Virus record (IMG/VR): IMGVR_UViG_3300036836_000011
Coordinates: 1 to 46,719 of that record
Direction: 5' to 3' (one strand)
Source of the DNA: a virus
Taxonomy: Duplodnaviria; Caudoviricetes
DNA length: 46,719 bases
Both the position numbers and the translations under genes were made by a program. This document shows positions 25,190-33,432 of the stretch, in pieces. The notes under the pieces were generated by a model. That model was not told the origin of the DNA. It did not search any database and worked only from the letters and a program-made list of their open reading frames with translations. The stretch's first letter is position 1. Each line of letters opens with the position of its first letter.

Positions 25190-25900
25190 ATGACCACCAC
25201 GGGCACCTATGCCTTCAACCCATCTGCGGCTGATGTCGTTCTCAACGCCTTCGCCCTCATCGGCGTGCGCCGCACCCAGATCACCGAGGATCACCTCGAA
25301 GACGCGGCGTTCCAGGCCAACCTGCTGGGTGTCGATTTTACCAATCGGAACCCGAACCGCTGGCAGATGGGCGAGGAAACGGTCACGCTGAGCGCTGGCA
25401 CGGCGACCTACAACCTGCCGGCTGAAACGGTGGCGGTGTCTGCCGTGTGGCTTGTGCAGGACATCGGCAGCGGTCAGACGATCAGCCGACCGCTCGGTCC
25501 GCTGTCCGCCGTGGACTATGCCAACATCGCGATGAAGCAGCAGGAAGGCACGCCGAGCAGCTATTTCTTCAACCTGCTGACGCCGATCCCGACAATCACC
25601 CTGTGGCTGGTGCCGAACCAGAACCCCGAGTTTGAGCTGCGGGTGCAGATTTTCAAGCAGCAGCAGGACACCACGATTCCCGGCGGGTACACGATCGACA
25701 CTCCCTATCGTTTCCTGGACGCCTATACTTGGGGGCTCGCGGCGCGGCTGGCGGTGCTTTACCCGGATGCGAAGCGGCCCACGCTTCCTGTGGACCTCAA
25801 CACCGCATATGAGGCAAAGTTCCGCCTGGCCGCACAGCTCGACCAGGAGCGCGTTCCGCTGCGGCTGACCCCGAATTTCTCTGGCTACTATCCGAGGTGA
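25190..25900 (+). CDS. Head-tail adaptor (tail tubular A-like)
   Basis: MTTTGTYAFN, NRG-like N.W, Y.NI..K...G.P, LA.RLA. Confidence 0.7.
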   Translation: MTTTGTYAFNPSAADVVLNAFALIGVRRTQITEDHLEDAAFQANLLGVDFTNRNPNRWQMGEETVTLSAGTATYNLPAETVAVSAVWLVQDIGSGQTISRPLGPLSAVDYANIAMKQQEGTPSSYFFNLLTPIPTITLWLVPNQNPEFELRVQIFKQQQDTTIPGGYTIDTPYRFLDAYTWGLAARLAVLYPDAKRPTLPVDLNTAYEAKFRLAAQLDQERVPLRLTPNFSGYYPR

Positions 25901-25906
25901 CGCGGC

Positions 25907-26452
25907 ATGGGCAGCACCTCGCGGTATGGCCGCGCCAAGATCAACCCGAGCGCCCCCGAGGCGGTAGGCGTCTGCGATGGTTGCGGCAAGCTGTGGAACC
26001 TGCGCGAGCTGCGTTTCCAGTTCGACTGGGCCGGAACGAGCATGATCAACCGGCAGATTCGGGTGTGCCCGGATTGCTATGACCGGCCGCAGGAGCAGCT
26101 TCGGACGATCATCCTTCCCGCTGACCCGCCGCCGGTTTGGCAGCCGAGGCCGGAACCGTATTTGGTGGATGAACCCTCTCAACTCACGATCCGAATTCCG
26201 CCCGGTGCTCCTGGGTTATTCTATGCGGCGGCAAGTATCACCGCTCATGTTGAACCAGTCAGACAAATACTTGCGTCAATAAGCGCTGCATTCACGTTAA
26301 CATCTTCATTGATTGCTGGGTTAACAATGGCCCCGGCAGTCAGTGTGACTGCAACTGTTACTTGTGAACTGACAATTCCGGTGGATCACATCACCACGGA
26401 AGGCGGTGATATACTCACAACCGAGGCTGGCGACCAGCTCATAACGGAGTAA
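25907..26452 (+). CDS. Neck/structural protein with CxxC...CxxC
   Basis: CDGCG..W...L, VCPDCYD.PQ, DPPP...PRP. Confidence 0.65.
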   Translation: MGSTSRYGRAKINPSAPEAVGVCDGCGKLWNLRELRFQFDWAGTSMINRQIRVCPDCYDRPQEQLRTIILPADPPPVWQPRPEPYLVDEPSQLTIRIPPGAPGLFYAAASITAHVEPVRQILASISAAFTLTSSLIAGLTMAPAVSVTATVTCELTIPVDHITTEGGDILTTEAGDQLITE

Positions 26453-26454
26453 CC

Positions 26455-27339
26455 ATGGCTGACGTTAAAATCTCAGATTTGCCAGCCGGAACGATTGCTG
26501 GTGGTGAACTGGTGCCTATGGTGCAGGCGGGCATCACGAAGGCGGGAACGCTCGGCGCTGCCGCTGCGGCTGCCCTGCCGCTTGCACTGGCGTCTGGGGG
26601 CACGGGGTCATCGTTTGCCAGCGCCGCAGCGCTGCGGGCCGGGCTCGGCATCCTGGGCAGTGTGACCGCACAGTTTTTCACTGCGAACGGCACATATACA
26701 CCGAGTTCGGGCATGGTGGCGTGTCTGGTGATTGCGACGGGCGGAGGTGGCGGCGCGGGTGGCTCGGCTTGTGCTGCGTTCGTCACAGGGCCGAGTTTGG
26801 CTGCTGGTGGGCCAGGTGGTGCAGGTGGCACATGTATTGAGCTGTTTACGGCGGCGCAGATCGGTGCGAGCCAGGTGGTCACCATCGGGACGGGTGGTTC
26901 GGGTGGAAATAACACAGGCACGGATGGTACAACTGGGGGCAACACCACGCTTGGATCGCTGTTCAATGCTCGTGGGGGAGATGGGGGCATTGGTGTTTCC
27001 GTAGGGGATGGGGAAACGGGTTTTGGTTCCCCCGGTGAAGGTGATAGTGGAATAAATGGGCTAATAAATCTGGCTGGTGGTGGTGGTACAAGAAATATCT
27101 CAACAGGTGTTGGGACAATACGTGGTCTTGGTGGTGTAGCTTTTTGGGGGCCTGACCCAACATATCCTACCAATGTATTTGATTCCGAAGATGTTTCTGA
27201 AGCTGGGATTAACGCTGTAAACTACGGAAACGGTGGAATTGCTGGGTTAGTCCAAAACGTTAGTTCAACACAGACAAACCAAGCGGGCGGCAATGGTAAA
27301 GCCGGTTGCATGCTTATCCTTGAATTCCGAGCCGCGTGA
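26455..27339 (+). CDS. Glycine-rich tail fibre/spike protein
   Basis: MADVKISDLP start; FTANGTYTP..G, GGGGG, VTIG.GG, GG.G..G..LILE. Confidence 0.75.
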   Translation: MADVKISDLPAGTIAGGELVPMVQAGITKAGTLGAAAAAALPLALASGGTGSSFASAAALRAGLGILGSVTAQFFTANGTYTPSSGMVACLVIATGGGGGAGGSACAAFVTGPSLAAGGPGGAGGTCIELFTAAQIGASQVVTIGTGGSGGNNTGTDGTTGGNTTLGSLFNARGGDGGIGVSVGDGETGFGSPGEGDSGINGLINLAGGGGTRNISTGVGTIRGLGGVAFWGPDPTYPTNVFDSEDVSEAGINAVNYGNGGIAGLVQNVSSTQTNQAGGNGKAGCMLILEFRAA

Positions 27340-27348
27340 GGTGATCCC

Positions 27349-27738
27349 GTGCCGCTGACGAATACGCCAAAAAACTCAATGCTGGACTGGTTCGCAGGTG
27401 TCGCCAGTCCTGCCGCCGCTGCGACACGATACATCACGGTGTTCGATGGTGATCCAACCTCGGGCGGAACGGAGGTGATCAACACCCTGAACGGCTCGGC
27501 AAACCGTATCGACATGACCACGGGCATGGGGGCGGCCGCTTCCGGCAGCATCGCCAATGATGCGATAATCACGATCACATCGTCTGCTGTCGCGGCGGCC
27601 GATGTCGATTATGTCGCGATCTATGACAGCATCACAGGTGGCACGCTCTGGGGTTATGCGGCTGTGACCGCAAAGGGTGTAGGTATAGGCGACAGCTTGA
27701 CTATTCCGATCGGCAACCTGACAATCGTGCTCAATTAG
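27349..27738 (+). CDS. Tail fibre-associated structural protein
   Basis: Small beta protein: YVAIYD..TGG....GD.L..P.G.L. Confidence 0.6.
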   Translation: MPLTNTPKNSMLDWFAGVASPAAAATRYITVFDGDPTSGGTEVINTLNGSANRIDMTTGMGAAASGSIANDAIITITSSAVAAADVDYVAIYDSITGGTLWGYAAVTAKGVGIGDSLTIPIGNLTIVLN

Positions 27739-27750
27739 AAGGCGGAACCC

Positions 27751-28005
27751 ATGCCGGTTGACCACACCATCGAGGCACATATTCAGGTAGATGCCAGTGC
27801 CGTGATGGCAAAGCAAGACCACGCCGCCATTGTGCAAAGCATGGTGGTGGATCGCATGGCTAATGCCGTGCTCGGGGGCACCCTGGGGGCCGATCCGAAC
27901 GCTGATCTGCTGGCGCTCACCAAGGCTAGCGAAACCTATGTCATGGTGCTGACCATGCTTTCGGCGCTTGCCGAGCTCGGGATCGTGACGTTCAGGCTGG
28001 AATGA
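27751..28005 (+). CDS. Hypothetical protein
   Basis: ORF in structural operon. Confidence 0.5.
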   Translation: MPVDHTIEAHIQVDASAVMAKQDHAAIVQSMVVDRMANAVLGGTLGADPNADLLALTKASETYVMVLTMLSALAELGIVTFRLE

Positions 28006-28006
28006 T

Positions 28007-28672
28007 GTGATGGAATACACGTACACCATCTTCACCGAGGCGCTCAGTGGTGAGACCAATATCCCGCTGACGAACACGGCGTTCTCGAACATCATCCCGG
28101 TGATCATCGATCAGGCCGAAGGGATGATCTATCGCGAGCCCGGCCTGGAATTCCTCTCCACCATGGTGCGGGACGATAGCGGGTTCACCACGGTGGATGA
28201 CCGCGCGTTCACGCTGCCGCGCGTCTTCAGCGTGTTGCACACCATTGCGCGCGTGGACGGCAACGACCGCACCTTGCTCACCAAGGTCAGCCGCGAGGTG
28301 CTGGATTTCATCTATCCCCGGCGCATCTCCGAAAGCGCGGCCGATGTTCCGGAGAAGTGGGCACCGTTCACCGATCAGATCGTTTATCTCGGGCCGGTTC
28401 CCGGCGGCGAGGTGCAACTCGAATGTGTGGGTGAAGTGCGGCCGGCGCAGCTCAGCAGCACCAATCCGACCACATGGTTGTGGACGTATCTGGGTGATCT
28501 CGCGTTCGCGGCGGCCATGATCATGGCCTCGGGCTATATGCGCAACTTCGGCAGCCAGGCGGACGATGCGAAGATGGCGATGAGCTGGAAAGCCGTTTAT
28601 GACGGGCTGCTGCCGGGGGCGCAGAGCCAGGAAATGCGCCGCAAGCATGCGGCTACCGGCGGGGGCGTCTGA
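28007..28672 (+). CDS. Tail adaptor/tubular protein
   Basis: I..II.QAE..IYRE, LGP.P, RP..L...N.TTWL, FG.QADD..MA.SW. Confidence 0.7.
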   Translation: MMEYTYTIFTEALSGETNIPLTNTAFSNIIPVIIDQAEGMIYREPGLEFLSTMVRDDSGFTTVDDRAFTLPRVFSVLHTIARVDGNDRTLLTKVSREVLDFIYPRRISESAADVPEKWAPFTDQIVYLGPVPGGEVQLECVGEVRPAQLSSTNPTTWLWTYLGDLAFAAAMIMASGYMRNFGSQADDAKMAMSWKAVYDGLLPGAQSQEMRRKHAATGGGV

Positions 28673-30738
28673 TGCCCCGGGGTGAAGTCGTTCTGGTGCC
28701 AGGCGCGAATGTCGAGCGCACGCCGACGCTCAACCAGACTGGCTATCTGCGCACCGCCATGGGGCGCTTCAAGGACGGGCTGTTCCAGAAGCTCGGCGGG
28801 TGGACGAAGTATTTCAGCGGCGCATTCCCGGGAACGGTCAAGAGCCTGTGGGCGTGGCAGGACCTCAACCAGATCAAGTGGCTGAGCGTTGCCTCGACCA
28901 CCGCCGTAACGGTGGTTGCCACGGGTGTGCCGCAGGTGATCACCCCGCAGGTTCTTCAGAGCGACTTCACCCCGGATTTCAGCACCACGAACGGGTCAAA
29001 CTCGGTCGAGGTGGTCGACCCGAACATCAGCGGGCTCACCACCGATGTGGTGGTGGAGTTCCGCACGCCAATCAGCGTCGGCGGCCTGATCCTGTCGGGC
29101 ACCTATTCGATTGCGACCATCACCGGGGCGGACAGCTACACCATCGAGGCTGGCGCGAACGCCACGGCAACCGTGGCGAACGGTGGCGCTGTTCCCGAGT
29201 TCGTGACCACTACCGGCAGCGCCACCGTGGCCGTCAACCTAAACGACCATGGGCAAACGCGCGGGAACATCGTCGTGTTCCCGGTTGCGACAAGCGTTGG
29301 TGGTGTGACCGTACAGGGGAAATACACGGTCACGGCGGTGAACAGCGTGAACCAATTCACCATCACCGCCAGCACTGCCGCAACATCCAACGCAACGGTG
29401 AGTATGAATGCTGGTGATGCCCGGATTAATTATCACATCGCGCTTGGACCTACCGCCAGCGGTGTTGGCTATGGCGTTGGCGGGTATGGTGAGGGCGCGT
29501 ATGGCAAAGGCACATCGTCAACCGGTGTTCAAACGGGCACTCCGATCACTGCGGACGATTGGACACAGGATAATTGGGGAGAAATCCTCATCGCATGCCC
29601 GAAATCAATGGGTATTTATTATTGGCAGCCCGGCACTGGTTATCAGAACCTAGCGTTGATCCCGAATGGACCGTTGTTCAATGACGGCGCGTTCATTTCA
29701 ATGGCTCAACAGCAGGTGATTGCCTGGGGATCGAGCATTGACGCACGCATTGGCGGCGGCATCGGTATCTATCAAGACCCACTGCTCGTGCAGTGGTCAA
29801 CCATCGGGGATTTCTTCGATTGGGAACCGCGCGCCGATAATTTCGCTCGCAACCTGCGCATTCCCACGGGGTCGCGCTGTGTCGGTGGTGGCGCAACCAA
29901 GAATCGGAACCTGATCTGGACCGATCTTGACGTATACACGCTCAATTTCAACTCGGGTGATAGCGTGTACACCCCGAACCGTGTTGGATCGAATTGCGGG
30001 TTGATCGGCATGCACGCTTGGGCGCAGTATGCCGACACGGTTTATTGGATGGGCGTGGGCAACTTCTTCTCCTACTCGGGTTCCGGTGTTGCGCCGCTCG
30101 AATGCCCGATTTGGGATGCGGTTTTCCAGGACATCAACCCGACCTATCAACATCGGGTGGTCGCCGGATCGAACGGCGATTTCAGCGAAATTTGGTTCTG
30201 GTACCCGAGCCTCGCCAGCAATGGTGAACTGGACAAGGGCGTGAAATACAACGTCACGCAGGGCACGTGGGATTTCGACATTCCGCCGCGCTGTGCCTGG
30301 GTTGACCGCAGTGTGCTCGGGAACCCGATTGGCGCGAGCAATGCGGGCATCGTCTACAGCCACGAATCCGGTTTCGATGATGACGGCAACCCAATCACAC
30401 CGATCATGGAAACCGGGGATTTCTACCTCAGCGAGGGGCAGGATTTCTGCTTCATCGATGAGGTGTGGCCGGATTTCAAGTGGGGCCCGTTTGGCGGTAG
30501 CGAGACGGCGCAAATTCAGGTGACGCTGCTGTGCCGTGACGAGCCCGGTGAGGATTACCGCGAATATGGGCCGTTCGTGGTGAACAAGAGCAGCCCGTTC
30601 ATCTCGCCGTTCGACAGCGACGGCATCACCCGGCCGCGCGCGCGCCAAGCTGCGCTGCGGGTTTCGAGCATCGATGTGGGATCATTCTGGCGGCTCGGCA
30701 AGATCCGGTTCCGCTATGCCGTGGATGGGCGCAGATGA
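28672..30738 (+). CDS. Tail nozzle/stabilisation protein (P22 gp10 / tubular B-like) with beta-sandwich inserts
   Basis: QKLGGW, W..DNWGE, DP.LV.WS, NCGLIG, YWMG, EIW.WYPS, WRLG..R...DGRR. Confidence 0.8.
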   Translation: MPRGEVVLVPGANVERTPTLNQTGYLRTAMGRFKDGLFQKLGGWTKYFSGAFPGTVKSLWAWQDLNQIKWLSVASTTAVTVVATGVPQVITPQVLQSDFTPDFSTTNGSNSVEVVDPNISGLTTDVVVEFRTPISVGGLILSGTYSIATITGADSYTIEAGANATATVANGGAVPEFVTTTGSATVAVNLNDHGQTRGNIVVFPVATSVGGVTVQGKYTVTAVNSVNQFTITASTAATSNATVSMNAGDARINYHIALGPTASGVGYGVGGYGEGAYGKGTSSTGVQTGTPITADDWTQDNWGEILIACPKSMGIYYWQPGTGYQNLALIPNGPLFNDGAFISMAQQQVIAWGSSIDARIGGGIGIYQDPLLVQWSTIGDFFDWEPRADNFARNLRIPTGSRCVGGGATKNRNLIWTDLDVYTLNFNSGDSVYTPNRVGSNCGLIGMHAWAQYADTVYWMGVGNFFSYSGSGVAPLECPIWDAVFQDINPTYQHRVVAGSNGDFSEIWFWYPSLASNGELDKGVKYNVTQGTWDFDIPPRCAWVDRSVLGNPIGASNAGIVYSHESGFDDDGNPITPIMETGDFYLSEGQDFCFIDEVWPDFKWGPFGGSETAQIQVTLLCRDEPGEDYREYGPFVVNKSSPFISPFDSDGITRPRARQAALRVSSIDVGSFWRLGKIRFRYAVDGRR

Positions 30739-31100
30739 GGCAGGGTTGGCAGATCGGTGGCACCAGCGACGACATGGTGTCGAAGGCGCAGGCACTCATC
30801 GAGCAGGTGGCTGCGCTGCGCAGCGTGCTTGGTGATGCTTTCGCCAACGCTTACACGGTGGGCACGTTCACCATGCCGGCGGCGAACAGCAGCGTCATCA
30901 GCGCCCCGAGCGTCACCGCCAACAGTGTGGTGTTCCTCAGCCCGATCAACGCGAGCGCGGCCGCGCTCATGGCCGGCGCTTCTAGCCTGTACCATGATCG
31001 GCCTTCCAACATCGTGGGCACGAGCTTTACCGTTGACACCGCAGACGGTAATAATGCAGCCGGAACAGAGCAGTTCGCCTATCTCCTCATCAACCCATAG
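30735..31100 (+). CDS. Small tail-associated protein
   Basis: VTANS.V.L.P.NA.AA...F.YL.I. Confidence 0.6.
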   Translation: MRQGWQIGGTSDDMVSKAQALIEQVAALRSVLGDAFANAYTVGTFTMPAANSSVISAPSVTANSVVFLSPINASAAALMAGASSLYHDRPSNIVGTSFTVDTADGNNAAGTEQFAYLLINP

Positions 31101-31113
31101 CGAGGCGCGACAC

Positions 31114-32943
31114 ATGCCGCGAAACTCAAGCAGGACTTCAGCGGCAGTGTCAAAGGCGCATAAGCGCGCGGCGCTCGGTGGCAGCGTCGGGCCGGCCCCG
31201 AAATCCGAGAAGATCACCGGTGAATTCCGCGATCCGGGTGAGCGTCCGGGCGGCCAACCTTGGTTGCGCCCGTGGTATCTCAGCGCTCGGGCGCTTGAGG
31301 AAAAGCTCGGGGTGCGGCGCGAGGACGAGGAAGTGATGCCCAAGCGCTCGCCGCACTATCTGGCGCGCAGGGCAGACGGCGGCGGTGTGACCGACACCAT
31401 GAGCCCGGTCGACCTGCTGCGCCTGCGCCGCGAGCTGGATGCCCGGCGGCGCGTCAGCGACCAGCAGCGCGCTGAAACCGGTCTGCAGACTATCCACGAG
31501 GTTGCCGGCATGCTGCCGGTGACCGGTAATGCTATGGCGGCCGCCGATGCCTACACGGCCGGCCGTGACGCGCTTGCAGCCGCCCGCAAGGGCCGATGGC
31601 GCGAGGCAGCAACCGAGGCCGGGATTGCGGGCATCTCCGGCCTCGGTGCGCTGTCCCCGGTGCCCTGGGGGCGCTCCGCCGGCCGGGCGGCGGCGGAGGG
31701 CGCGGACATGGCGCGCGTGCTGGTGCCGGTCGAGGACGGCGGCGCGCGGGTGGCGCGGGAGATGCGCGAGGCTGGCGTTGCCCCAGACCGGATATGGCGC
31801 GAGACGCGACGCACCCCGGCCCCCGATGGCAGCATTCGCCGTGAAATCCCAGATCAGGGCATCGAGCTGAAGCGAGATTTCAAACCCGGCGATGTCGAAC
31901 AGCTTAGCCGCGCCGTGCGGCACCCGAAGCTGTTCGCCGCGCATCCGGAGCTGATGCAGCGCCCGCTCTATATCACCGATGAGCTGGATAGCTTGGGCGC
32001 GCCGGTGGCTCGCACCACCGACACCGGCGCGTTCGTGCTCAACCCGCGCGCCAAGGTGCGCGCCTCGCTGGCGAAGATGTTGCAGTACGAGGTGAACAAG
32101 GGAACCGGGCTCGCCACCCCGGTGCGTCACGGCACGAAGGCGCTGCAGCAGGCGCTCGATAGTGCGATCACACGAGCAGACGCGCTGGATGTGACCGACC
32201 CGGCGACGCGCCGCGCGATCGATGATTATCTTGATGTCCTGGCCGATCAGCGCGAGCACTATGGCAACATGCGCGCCATGGAAAGCTACGGTAAGCGCGG
32301 GCCGGTGTCGGACGCGGCGGCCCGCGTGGCGGAGAAATCGGCCGGGAACCTCGAAGGCAAGATTGCCGCGCTGCGCTCGGGCTCCGATGAGGCGGGCATG
32401 CATCAATGGCCGTATCGGCGCGTGGGTTCCTATCTCAAGGGTAGCCAGCAGCTTCCGAAGTTCGATGACGTCTATGCGTTGCCGCCCGAGGGCATGGAAG
32501 GCGATGAGTTGCTGCGATTCATCCAGCGATGGCACAGCGCCGGCGCGGGCCGGAGCCGCTATGCGCGCGGCGGCCGGGTGAAGAGCGCCGCGCGCCGCGC
32601 CCGCGCCGTGGTGGGCGCGGTCAAGGGCAAGACCGGGGGCCGCTCCGACAAGCTGCCGGTGGATGTCCCGGCGGGCTCGTATGTGATCCCGGCCGATGTG
32701 GTCGCGGCGCTGGGTGAGGGAAACACCGAGGCCGGCATGCAGGCGCTTGACGCCAAGCTCGGGCGGCCCCGGCGCGCGGGCGGCGGCCGGGCGGTGCCGA
32801 TCCTCATCAGCCATGGGGAATATGTGGTGAGCCCCGAGCTGGTGGAGCGCATCGGCGGCGCGGATGTGCTAGACCAATTCGTCGTGCGTGCGCGGAATGC
32901 GTATGCAGATCAGTTGAAGGGGCTTCCCGGCCCGAATAAGTAA
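31114..32943 (+). CDS. Internal virion protein: LPD23-like segment, degenerate metallopeptidase-like segment, C-terminal GG.SD/SYVIPADVV domain
   Basis: IWRET....DG..R.EI.D...HP.LF.A.PEL; GKTGGRSDKLP...GSYVIPADVV..LG.GN..AG; IS.GEYVV. Confidence 0.65.
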   Translation: MPRNSSRTSAAVSKAHKRAALGGSVGPAPKSEKITGEFRDPGERPGGQPWLRPWYLSARALEEKLGVRREDEEVMPKRSPHYLARRADGGGVTDTMSPVDLLRLRRELDARRRVSDQQRAETGLQTIHEVAGMLPVTGNAMAAADAYTAGRDALAAARKGRWREAATEAGIAGISGLGALSPVPWGRSAGRAAAEGADMARVLVPVEDGGARVAREMREAGVAPDRIWRETRRTPAPDGSIRREIPDQGIELKRDFKPGDVEQLSRAVRHPKLFAAHPELMQRPLYITDELDSLGAPVARTTDTGAFVLNPRAKVRASLAKMLQYEVNKGTGLATPVRHGTKALQQALDSAITRADALDVTDPATRRAIDDYLDVLADQREHYGNMRAMESYGKRGPVSDAAARVAEKSAGNLEGKIAALRSGSDEAGMHQWPYRRVGSYLKGSQQLPKFDDVYALPPEGMEGDELLRFIQRWHSAGAGRSRYARGGRVKSAARRARAVVGAVKGKTGGRSDKLPVDVPAGSYVIPADVVAALGEGNTEAGMQALDAKLGRPRRAGGGRAVPILISHGEYVVSPELVERIGGADVLDQFVVRARNAYADQLKGLPGPNK

Positions 32944-32953
32944 GGCGGCAATC

Positions 32954-33421
32954 ATGAATGCAATCGAGCTACCGGTCATTCGCTACGCATCGCCCGAGGA
33001 TTACCCGCACATCATCAAAGTGGCAGAAGAACTGCATGATGAGAACGGTCACGCCTCGATAGATTACCCAACCGCCACAGCGGCTATTCGGGAGGCGATC
33101 AATCTTAACCGGAGCATCATTGGCCTCATTGGGCCGGTGGGTGATATCCAAGGGATCATCTTTCTGCGCCTGGCGAGCTTCTGGCACACCAAGGAAATCA
33201 TGCTCGAAGAGCTGTTCCTCTATGTGCCGCCGGAGTACCGGAAAACGCATAACGCCCGAGCGCTGTTGCAGTTCGCTAAAGCCACGGCAGAGCAATTGGA
33301 TGTTCCGCTCATGATCGGTGTGCTATCTTCCGAGCGCACCAAGGCAAAACTGCGGCTGTACGAAAAGCACTTGGGTGCGCCGGTTGGCGGTTATTTCTTC
33401 GTTCACCACTGGAAAAAATAG
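32954..33421 (+). CDS. GNAT-family acetyltransferase
   Basis: IRYA.PED, LEELFLYVPPEYRK...ARALL, LRLY; typical position before ejection proteins. Confidence 0.8.
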   Translation: MNAIELPVIRYASPEDYPHIIKVAEELHDENGHASIDYPTATAAIREAINLNRSIIGLIGPVGDIQGIIFLRLASFWHTKEIMLEELFLYVPPEYRKTHNARALLQFAKATAEQLDVPLMIGVLSSERTKAKLRLYEKHLGAPVGGYFFVHHWKK

Positions 33422-33432
33422 GGCTTAACACG

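Noticed and set aside
30757-31113. N-terminal extension of the 728-aa ORF
   Set aside because: Overlaps the 30735-31100 gene; GAGG SD supports a start at 31114
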